Positions 48,303-58,667 of a stretch of 64,000 nucleotides of DNA are shown piece after piece. This DNA comes from Macrostomum hystrix. Its lineage: Eukaryota > Animalia > Platyhelminthes. Both the position numbers and the translations under genes were made by a program. The stretch lies in the NCBI GenBank assembly GCA_950097015.1, contig CATNEN010000037.1:3100001-3164000 (forward strand), written 5' to 3'. Under the pieces are notes generated by a model. That model did no database searches and had not been told where the DNA came from. It worked only from the letters and a program-made list of their open reading frames with translations. Positions within the stretch are counted from its first letter, which is position 1. Every line of letters begins with the position of its first letter.

Positions 48303-51300
48303 TCACGGCTTGCACCTGCCGGTCATGCGCGGGTAGAGACAGACGTCGCGAATGTGCTCCTGGCCGAACATCCAAGTCATGAAGCGTTCAACGCCAAGCC
48401 CGTAGCCGCCGTGCGGACAGCTGCCGTACTCTCGCTGTTGAATTAAAATATATGTTTTTATGTTTGTTTCGATACATATCGGCTATATTATATAGAAGAC
48501 TTGGGAATAGAAAATAAATTTCACGAAACCCTGTCTAGCTAGATTAAAAGAAGTTCAGTGCACGGACTGGGGTGGGGGCACTGTCCGCCTAGGATTCGAA
48601 CTACCGACCTATACGCCAGGAAAATCTATTCATAATTAGTCTACATATCGGATTCGAACTCGTGTCAGGCCAACAAGCAGTTAAAATTGCTTTAGATTTA
48701 TAGGAAAACTTCGATTTTCACTAACCTGCTGCGTGTACCAATAGTAGGGCGCCGGGTCGATGCCCTCGCGCTGGTAGCCACGCATCAGCTCGTCGTGCTT
48801 CCAGATCCTCATTGAGCCGCCAACAATTTCTCCAACGCCGGGAATCAGAGCGTCGACCGACTCTGTCACCCGGTTGTCCTCCGGGCAGCGGGGCATGTAG
48901 AATGACTTGATTTCGGCGGGAAATCGGCACAGCAGAATCGGCTCATTGATAGTGTCGGTCATGCGTCGCTCCGGGGCCTCCGGAATGTCCTGCAGAAGGG
49001 TGCGATAATTTATTTGAAGTCAAGAGTCGAATCAGTCGAGACATTAGAACCAACTGGAGGACTGATGGAAGCTTTGAATGACCAGCAGAAGAGACAAGGA
49101 GAAGAGAACGCTGAATGACCAGGTGGGTAGACTGAAGGACCAGGTGGGTAGTCTGAAAGACCAGGTGAAGAAAGCCCAGAAGGACCAGGCGGGTAGACTG
49201 AAAGACCAGATGGGTAGACCGAAGGACCAGGTAAAGAGAGTCATGAAGGACCAGGTGAAGAGAGCCCTGAAGGACCAGGTGAATAAAGCCCTGAAGGACC
49301 AGGTGAAGAGAGCCCTGAAGGACCAGGTGAATAAAGCCCTGAAGGACAAAGGTGAAGAGAGCCCTGAAGGACCAGGTGAAGAGAGCCCTAAAGGACCAGG
49401 TGGGTAGACCGAAGGACCAAGTGAAGAGAGTCATGAAGGACCAGGTGAAGAGAGCCCTGAAGGACCAGGTGAATAAAGCCCTGAAGGACCAGGTGAAGAG
49501 AGCCCTGAAGGACAAGGTGAAGAGAGCCCTGAAGGACCAGGTGAAGAGAGCCCTGAAGGACCTGCCAGGGGTTAGCGATATGGGCGGCATCAGCCGCCTC
49601 CTCGCTGCGTCCGTCATGGAGGCTCCCTGCCGCTAAGTCAAAGTAAGTCAAAAGCCCTGAAGGACCAGGTGAAGAGAGCCCTGAAGGACCAGTTAAAGAA
49701 AGCCCTGAGTGACCAGGTAAAGAGAGCCCTGAATGACCAGGTAAAGAGAGCCTTGAATGACCAGGTGAAGAGAGCCCTGAAGGACCAGGTGAATAAAGCC
49801 CTGAAGGACCAGGTGAAGAGAGCCCTGAAGGACCAGGTGAAAAAAGCCCTGAAGGACCAGGTGAAGAGAGCCGTGAAGGACCAGGTGAAGAGAGCCGTGA
49901 AGGACCAGGTAGAAAAGCCCTAAAAGCCTAAAGAGAATTTCGAAGGACCAGTCCGAGAAAATTTGAAAGATGTTTACTGACATCGCCGAATTCGTAGAAC
50001 TCGCCATCCGGGCGGCGCACGTCGTTCTCCTTGAGCCAGACCAGAGCGTCCGTATAGTTCATGCGCCTGAACGGCTTCTTAGGAGCAGAGAACTTCGGGT
50101 TGACTTCGTGCAAAAGATCACCCGCTTCGGTTAGCACCCGTTGAGAGACGTCAACAATTAGGTCCTCGATGCGGTCCAACAGGTCATCGTAGGTTATGAA
50201 CGGGCACTCGGCCTCCAGATGGGTGTACCTTGAGTTGGTTCAGGTAGAGCGTCAGACGTCTTCACGCACTTTTAGGTAGCCTCAGAAACATTCGGTTAGC
50301 CTCATGATACCATCAGGTAGCCTCAAATACTTTCAGGTAGCCTCAAATACTTTCAGGTAGCCTCAGATACTTTCAGATAGCCTCAGATACTTTCAGGTAG
50401 CCTCAGATACTTTCAGGTAGCCTCAGATACTTTCAGGTAGCCTCAAATACTTTCAGGTAGCCTCAAATACTTTCAGGTAGCCTCAAATACTTTCAGGTAG
50501 CCTTAGATACTTTCAGGTAGCCTCAAATACTCTCAGGTAGCCTCAAATACTTTCAGGTAGCCTCAAATACTTTCAGGTAGCCTCAGATACTTTCAGGTAG
50601 CCTCAGATACTTTCAGGTAGCCTCAAATACTTTCAGGTAGCCTCAGATACTTTCAGGTAGCCTCAGATACTTTCAGGTAGCCTTAGATACTTTCAGGTAG
50701 CCTCAAATACTTTCAGGTAGCCTCAAATACTTTCAGGTAGCCTCAAATACTTTCAGGTAGCCTCAGATACTTTCAGGTAGCCTCAGATACTTTCAGGTAG
50801 CCTCAAATACTTTCAGGTAGCCTCAGATACTTTCAGGTAGCCTCAGATACTTTCAGGTAGCCTCAAATACTTTCAGGTAGCCTCAGATACTTTCAGGTAG
50901 CCTCAGATACTTTCAGGAGCCTCAGATACTTTCAGGAGCCTCAGATACTTTCAGGTAGCCTCAAATACTTTCAGGTAGCCTCAAATACTTTCAGGTAGCC
51001 TCAAATACTTTCAGGTAGCCTCAAATACTTTCAGGTAGCCTCAAATACTCTCAGGTAGCCTCAAATACTTTCAGGTAGCCTCAAATACTTTCAGGTAGCC
51101 TCAAATACTTTCAGGTAGCCTCAAATACTTTCAGGTAGCCTCAAATACTTTCAGGTAGCCTCAGATACTTTCAGGTAGCCTCAGATACTTTCAGGTAGCC
51201 TCAAATACTTTCAGGTAGCCTCAGATACTTTCAGGTAGCCTCAGATACTTTCAGGTAGCCTGAGATACTTTCAGGTAGCCTCAAATACTTTCAGGTAGCC

Positions 51301-53911
51301 TCAAATACTTTCAGGTAGCCTCAGATACTTTCAGGTAGCCTCAGATACTTTCAGGTAGCCTCAAATACTTTCAGGTAGCCTCAGATACTTTCAGGTAGCC
51401 TCAGATACTTTCAGGAGCCTTAGATACTTTCAGGAGCCTCAGATACTTTCAGGTAGCCTCAAATACTTTCAGGTAGCCTCAAATACTTTCAGGTAGCCTC
51501 AAATACTTTCAGGTAGCCTCAGATACTTTCAGGTAGCCTCAGATACTTTCAGGTAGCCTCAAATACTTTCAGGTAGCCTCAGATACTTTCAGGTAGCCTC
51601 AGATACTTTCAGGTAGCCTTAGATACTTTCAGGTAGCCTCAAATACTTTCAGGTAGCCTCAAATACTTTCAGGTAGCCTCAAATACTTTCAGGTAGCCTC
51701 AGATACTTTCAGGTAGCCTCAGATACTTTCAGGTAGCCTCAAATACTTTCAGGTAGCCTCAGATACTTTCAGGTAGCCTCAGATACTTTCAGGTAGCCTA
51801 AAATACTTTCAGGTAGCCTCAGATACTTTCAGGTAGCCTCAGATACTTTCAGGTAGCCTTAGATACTTTCAGGTAGCCTCAAATACTTTCAGGTAGCCTC
51901 AGATACTTTCAGGTAGCCTCAGATACTTTCAGGAGCCTCAGATACTTTCAGGAGCCTCAGATACTCTCAGGTAGCCTCAGATACTTTCAGGTAGCCTCAG
52001 ATACCTTTAGGTAGCCTCAGATACCTTTAGGTAGCCCCAGATACCTTCAGGTAGCCCCAGATACCTTCAGGTAGCCTCAGATACCTTTAGGTAGCTCCAG
52101 ATACGTTCAGGTAGCCTCAGATACCTGGTAGCCTTAGACACCTTCACGTGCATAATCTAACTCTCAGTAAACAATTTCGAATTTAAAAAAGCCATTCTCA
52201 TCAATTCTCACTCGGACAGGTGACGCCTAGTGCGACTCTTTTCGGCGCGGTAGCTCCGGGCGACGCAGAAGCAATCGCCAACAACCGGCAGGCAGGTCTC
52301 CAGGTACAGCTGGCTAGACTGGGTTAGGTAAGCTTTCTCACCATAATAGTCGAAGCTAAACAAAGTAGCACCGCCTTCAACCTGGGTTTGCACCATAGTT
52401 GGAGGCGCAACCTCTACATAGCCCCGGTCGAATAAGTGGGCTCGAAATGCGCGCAACACGTGCGAGGCCAGCTTGACAATTTTCGAAGCGTGCTCGCCGC
52501 GCAGCTGCAGATGTCGATTATCCAGCAGCACGTCGACATCCGACTCAACGTTGAGCACAGAGTCGATGCCGCCAGCGGGCGCCGAGCCGATTAGCTCCCA
52601 GTAGTCGGCGGTCAGTTCAACGCCACCTGGCGCACTTTGGCCATCGGGCACGCGAGCCAGGGTGCCAAAGATTCGAACTGAGGCCTCCTGGCCCAGCAGG
52701 ATGGCTTCGTAGGTCTGGCAGAGCTTGTCAGCCAGCAGGCACTGAAGGAATCCGGTGCCGTCGCGCAATACTAGAAACATCAGCGCCTTGCCCTGGCGCC
52801 TCAGTCGGTGCACCCAGCCGCTCAGTTGCAGTCGAGCGCCAACTAGCTCGCCGGACGGGTCCACCGCTTGGCGCACCTGAAGATCAATTAATTAATTACT
52901 TAGGCCTTTAGTAAGCCTTCGAGAACGATACAAATCAGAGATTCTTAAAAAATAATATCTGGATATTGCGTGGCTCTTCCAAAGGCTGTACGATGGGATA
53001 GGTATCTGAGGTATCTAAGGTTACCTGGAATGTATCTAAGGCTACCTGGAAGTATCTAAGGCTACCTGGAAGTATCTGAGGCTACCTGGAAGGTATCTGA
53101 AGATACCTGAAAGTGTCTGAGGCTACCTGAAAGTATCTGAAGATACCTGAAGTGTCTGAGGCTACCTGGAAGTATCTGAGGCTACCTGGATGTATCTGGG
53201 GCTACCTGGAAGGTATATGAAGATACCTGAAAGTGTCTGAGGCTACCTGAAAGTATATGAAGATACCTGAAAGTGTCTGAGGCTACCTGAAAGTATCTGA
53301 AGATACCTGAAAGTGTCTGAGGCTACCTGAAAGTATATGAAGATACCTGAAAGTGTCTGAGGCTACCTGAAAGTATATGAAGATACCTGAAAGTGTCTGA
53401 GGCTACCTGGAAGTAATCTGATGTGCCTATGGATTGGGGAGGCCGCCTAAATAGCTTAAAATTCCACCCCAAGGTAGAGTATGCATAGCTTTAGAATACG
53501 TTTTTAATTATTTTCAACCTGCCCGATTCTTAGAGAGCTTACCTTGACGGAACGAGCACGCGGCAGAGCCGGATCCTCGCTGATGCGAATGTCGGCAGCG
53601 GCGCGCAGATTATCTTCTCGCTTGGCCAAATCGGCAGCTTCACGCTTAGTCCGCTCCTCCGCCAGCCGGTGCTCTCGCTCGACCAGCTTGCGGCATTTCT
53701 TCAGCTGCGACTTGGCCGCCTCGTGCCATTTGTCGCCGCCCTCTTGGCCGTCGACCATAACGACGGCATCCAGGCCGCCGCGGCGCAGAGCCTGCAGCAC
53801 AGTCTTATAGGGCAGGGCCTGCGTGCCGTCGCCGCTCTCGTCGGAGCCCCGCGACTCGGAGACGTATTGAGGAGACACCGCCGTGGCGGATGCTGATGCG
53901 GCTTCGGCTGC
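48303..53911 (-). CDS. NARS1: Cytosolic asparaginyl-tRNA synthetase. Exons 53543-53911, 52212-52876, 49982-50228, 48726-48989, 48303-48434; initiator ATG not found in the genomic sequence
   Basis: [15 protein letters not shown] (eukaryotic N-terminal extension), [11 protein letters not shown] (OB fold), [32 protein letters not shown] (motif 2), GEIVGGSMR and [12 protein letters not shown] (motif 3). The exons total 1677 nt with consistent phases. Confidence 0.97.
49110..49920. repeat. Intronic minisatellite, 24-bp unit (gaaggaccaggtgaagagagccct), interrupted by a 90-bp insert at 49562-49652
   Basis: Read directly; NARS intron 3. Confidence 0.93.
50280..52140. repeat. Intronic minisatellite, 20-bp unit (tcaggtagcctcagatactt)
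   Basis: About 90 units in NARS intron 2. Confidence 0.97.
53000..53420. repeat. Intronic minisatellite, reverse complement of the 50280-52140 unit (aagtatctgaggctacctga), with a 40-bp dimer variant
   Basis: Read directly; NARS intron 1. Confidence 0.93.
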
Positions 53912-53999
53912 CTGCAAGTGCGAGGGCCGATATGTTTTGAAAAAAATATGTGCATATTTTTCTGTGGTAAAAATCCCTAACTTGACAACAAAGAGCCGA

Positions 54000-54390
54000 T
54001 ATGTTTCGAAATACTCTACTAGTCTACTTGTTGCGTAACTAAATCCCTAACGTGTCACGAAAGAGCCGATATGTTTCGAAATATTCTACCCGAGTACCTA
54101 GATTCTTAACTTGGCAACAAAGAGCTAGACGGTATGTTTCGAAATATTCTACCCGAGTACCTAGATCCTTAACTTGGCAACAAAGAGCTAGACGGTATGT
54201 TTCGAAATATTCTACCCGAGTACCTAGATCCTTAACTTGGCAACAAAGAGCTAGACGGTATGTTTCGAAATATTCTACCCGAGTACCTAGATCCTTAACT
54301 TGGCAACAAAGAGCTAGACGGTATGTTTCGAAAAATTCTACCACTGAACCTAAATCCTTAACTTGGCTAAAAGGAGCAGATATGTTTCGA
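54000..54390. repeat. 63-bp tandem repeat between the RRM gene and NARS
   Basis: About 4 near-perfect copies plus degenerate flanking copies; period measured from 54121 to 54184. Confidence 0.9.
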
Positions 54391-55048
54391 AATAGTCCAC
54401 TTTCTTGTTCAAAATGTTAACTAGCCAACTGCTAGGAAAATAGTAGCTTAGACCACAGAATACACTGTGGCTTAGATGTAGTGTATTCTGTGGCTTAGAC
54501 AGTGAAAAAACTATTTTTCTATATAATGTGAATATGCAAAATTATGAGATCCTGATCGACGGTGTTCAATAACTGATCATACAGTTTTCTCAATCAAATA
54601 GTGTATTTGTGCACAAAAAGTTGGTGTTTTAGCTAACAATTATTATCAAATAGTTAATTAGTTCAAAACACAGCGAACAAGAGTATCAGTGCGCAATATT
54701 TGAGAACAAAGAAAGTTAATAATAGTTTTCTAATCCTTGAGACTCATAATCCAGCAAAAAGTTAAATGGAAATGAGGTTTTACAGGGGAAAACTGTTGGC
54801 CTAAATGACTAAATGACTAAATGAATAAAATGAATAAATGGTTCCTTTTATTATGAGGCTTGTTCAAACTATTGCACAGCAACAAAAATTTATTAAAACA
54901 TGATATTACTATGCAAATGAGCAGGTATGACTAAATATAAAGCTAATTACTTTAAAGTATGAAAAAAGCACTAGCATTGCTGCAGTATAATTAGTTTGGT
55001 TGTATTTAAAATGCCTTTTTAAAATATGCAAACACTAGCAAACATTGG

Positions 55049-58000
55049 TCAGTTAATGACACTCATGTAGAGCTCAAGTCCCATGAAGACCGTCCTGAAA
55101 TGTTTTGTATTGAAAATACTAGGAGGATGACGAGGCTTTCTAAGAATCATAAAATAGCAATCACCGCTCCAGCCGTTTTACCCTACTCACCTATTGTAGC
55201 GCTTAACAAACTCAGACGCCTGGTGTTCGTTGAAGAACCTGACAAAAGCTTTGAAATATTCTGGCACTAGGCGGTACTCCTGGCGAAATAAAATGAAAGG
55301 TTAATCGACGATAAGATCGATCACTAGACACTAATTTTAGCAGTGCTGGAAATCAGTTCAACTGAGTTCTGAGGCAGGTGGTGGGGTGAGTGGCAGAGCT
55401 TGTCGCGTATTTTACGCCATTAACAATAGATAGATCACGGGGTATTTCTTTCATCTGTATCTCAAAAAATATTCAACCAATCGATACGAAAATACAATAA
55501 TAAACAGGCTAAATTTTCCGCTCTATCCGATGAAACAAACAGTAGGCAGTGGGTATTCAAAATACCCCCTGGACCTTCCATAGGGATGGGCGAAAATAGC
55601 GTGATCTTTCTATTGTTAAGGGCCAATCTCCAAGGCGCAGTAAGTGTGTTCGCTGCCTGACGATGAGAAAGTAGTCAGCGGACGTAGTGCACAGTAGTCA
55701 GCGGAAACAAGCAAAATTTCTCTTTCGCTGGCTGTAGTTCTACTGCCACTAAATACGTACCATTGCCCACAGCCCTCCTACAAACAATTTTCCATTATTA
55801 GGGTACTCACACAGACAGGCCCCAGAGGATCAGTGAGTATGGCCAAGTCGGCCTCCGTGAGACCGTCAGGGCAGTTTTCAATGCGAACGCTGGTCTTATT
55901 AGTGGCGCTGGGATATCCGGCGCCGAATGGCACGCGCACAACCCGCTGGATGGGCATGGCGATAGACTGCGACGGCGGAGGCGCAGCCGCTGGAACAAAT
56001 CTGCCGCCGCTGGAGCCGGAGAATTCAGCGATTCGACAATGCGGCCGCATCTCCTCGGCGGCGGCAAAATTTGAACGCAACAAACTGCCACCGCCGGTGC
56101 CACCTCCGCGACCAACGCCGGAGCCACCACTGCTAGCGTATCCGTGAGCGATGCCGACGCAGCTAACGCCGATGCCTCCGCGACTATCGCCGCTGCGATC
56201 AAAGAGATGCAACTTTGGTCGACTGAAATCGGAATGCTCCTCCTGACGCTGCTGTTGGGGTAGCCGATCGTGCCTTGCTGAGTGACCAAATGATGGCCTA
56301 GACGAGCTATGAAAGCTACGCCTGGCCTGCTGCTCTAGGAGCTGCTCATCCTCGGCATTAGCTCCGAAATCTTCAACGAAGCGACGTTCAAACGACGATT
56401 GCGGACGGCTGGGGCCAGCTCGGATCTGGTTAAAATTTTCACCTGTGAATTTTCCGCCAAAAGGTCGCACTGATATCACATTAGAGTGTGCCGCCGGCGG
56501 CTGCGGCTGCGGCCGGCGTGCCGCAGGCTGCTGCGGAAATCGATTGGAATGCGAATCGATCGAGCCAAATCGATGCTGCGACTGCGATGCCGGCGATGTG
56601 GCGTAGCCAGACATCGACGAATGACGCCGGTGCGGCTGGCCGATTGGAGCGGAAGCAGCGGCCGCCGTCGCTTCACTAAACACAAGCTGACGCTTATTTT
56701 TAATGACCTGGCGCAGATCCACCGGCTGAGCTGACTGAACTGCAGGCTGGCTAGTTGGCGGCAGAATGGGGGAGATCGGCTTTGGAGGGCGCCTCAGATC
56801 CCGACTGTCAGTGACTAGTTTGTTATTGTTGCCGTCGGGTCCGATTCGTGTAGCGGCTACGCCAATAGTCGACCCCAACGAATCATCTTCGTCGCTGGAC
56901 TCGGCGGTTAGGTCGATAATTTCATTGGGATCAGGTGGATAGGAGTGACGCGGCGATCTGATTCTGTCCGGCAATAGACGCTTGCGCACGCGTCTCTTCG
57001 GTGGCGACTGGGAGGCGCCACTGCTGCTACTGCTACAAGCATTAGTAGTAGCTAGCAAGGTTGATTCGGTAGCCACAGCGACAAGCGCAGTTTTAGTCTG
57101 CGCAGTTCCAGCCCTATTCATTTCCAGAATCGACTCAGTCGCAAAGCCTGCAGTAGCTGCATTATCGCCATCAGTTTTAGACCTATTCAAACTTGTGGCA
57201 GTGGCCCTAGAAAAATCTGCATTATCACATGGCTGCGATATTCTCGAAGAATCGGCGCTAATCACGGACACGGACGATACGGGGAACAAAACCGATTGGT
57301 CAGACGTTGAAGCCGGCTCAGACACCGGTGGCACCATTTCGGCAGCCGCCAGATCCTGCTCCTGCTCCTGCTCATGCTGGCTGCTCGCCACATCGGCGTC
57401 GGCAATGCAACAGTCTGAAATGTATCGAAACCGGTCCTTGTATCTGAGCATAACAGAAAACCGGTCTTTGTGTCTGAGCATAACAGAAACTGGTCTTCGT
57501 ATCTGAGCATAACAGAAACTGGTCTTCGTATCTGAGCATAACAGAAACTGGTCTTCGTATCTGAGCATAACAGAAACTGGTCTTCGTATCTGAGCATAAC
57601 AAAAAACGGGTCTTTGTATCTGAGCATAACAGAAACTGGTCTTCGTATCTGAGCATAACAGAAACTGGTCTTCGTATCTGAGCATAACAGAAAACGGGTC
57701 TTTGTATCTGAGCATAACAGAAACTGGTCTTTGTGTCTGAGCATAACAGAAACCGGTCTTTGTGTCTGAGCATAACAGACACCGGTCTTTGTGTCAATAA
57801 AGTATTGCTAGTAGCAATACTAAACTCACCAGCTTCTTCATCTTCCTGGCTGATTGCCATTTGAGTGCCGTCAAAATCGGTGCCCAATAGTTCAGCCTCT
57901 TCCTCTTCGGTGATGGTGCATCTAGTCACAATTGGGGCGGGCGCGGCCGCGGCGCTGCCAGCCGCTGCCGAATCGCCGAGCAAGTCGTCGAAATCGTCCT

Positions 58001-58667
58001 CCTCGTTAAAGTCCAGCCGCTCAGGTGACTCGATTGCTACAAAACATGTGAGCAAACTTGGTAAAGTACTTCTTTTCCCAGTTTATCGATAGATAATTAC
58101 TGTGCTCGTTAATCTTTTAAATTCTCGCCTGCGCTGATTGATTTTGATAAGAATTAATAATGATTTATTAAGGCGGCCCCAATCGGGCCAGATGTGCAGT
58201 CGACAGCACAGCCGCAGCTATTGCGCGGCGCATCTGAAGGCTGCGTACGACTGTTCAGTCCATGAACTCAGTGGGACGCCACCCAACTCTCAATTACCCC
58301 AGCTAATGCCGGTACCCATTTAACAACTGGGTGAACTGAAGCAATGCAGAGTTGAAGTATCTTGCTTATGGACACAATTTGTTTTAGTGGAGTCGGGAAT
58401 CGAACCCCCGACCTTTAAGTCGTAAGTCTGACGCTCTAACCACTAGACTACAACCCCCTTGGATATTGATTTAATTACTCACGAGTACTGTGCCAATCTG
58501 AATTTAAAATGCGAGCTCGTTCAAGTTCAATACAAAAATAAACCATCGTTTATGTCAAGCAACGATGATCATTTAGATACGCAAAAACACAATTTTATGT
58601 AACCAGATAAGAGGTAAAATTATCAGGCCATGGTTGGTGGGTACTTACAGTGACTGAAGTCAGCCAT
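55049..58667 (-). CDS. 654-aa mostly low-complexity protein with a C-terminal RRM-like domain. Exons 58649-58667, 57830-58036, 55811-57414, 55191-55279, 55049-55094
   Basis: The exons join in frame through GT-AG sites (1965 nt). The N-terminus is MADFSHSIESPERLDFNEEDDFDDLL. The C-terminus SVRIENCPDGLTEADLAILTDPLGPVC/EYRLVPEYFKAFVRFFNEHQASEFVKRYNR/TVFMGLELYMSVIN-stop has RNP2-like and RNP1-like (KAFVRF) elements. Orthologue not recognised. Confidence 0.8.
55618..55770 (+). mobile_element. SINE family 2, partial degenerate copy
   Basis: agggccaatctccaaggcgcag...ctgcctgacgatgagaaagt...actaaatacgtaccattgc resembles the family 2 body. Confidence 0.6.
57425..57795. repeat. Intronic minisatellite, 29-bp unit (tctgagcataacagaaactggtcttcgta)
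   Basis: Fills nearly all of intron 2 of the RRM gene; explains the spurious N-terminus of ORF 55778..57715. Confidence 0.95.
58195..58460 (-). mobile_element. SINE family 1 copy
   Basis: Reverse complement of the 20011 and 46526 elements, in intron 1 of the RRM gene. Confidence 0.8.

Noticed and set aside
49044-50007. Coiled-coil-like ALKDQVKR ORFs
   Set aside because: Translations of the 24-bp array inside NARS intron 3.
53915-53955. TTG at 53917 or ATG at 53955 as the NARS start
   Set aside because: The ATG is out of frame. The TTG is part of the TTGCAG acceptor, and near-cognate initiation is less parsimonious, although not formally excluded.
54395-54720. Possible MITE (actttcttgttc versus gaacaaagaaagt; internal 14-bp inverted repeat at 54453-54493)
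   Set aside because: The terminal match is short and imperfect, there is no clear TSD and only one copy in the window, so it cannot be supported without a genome search.
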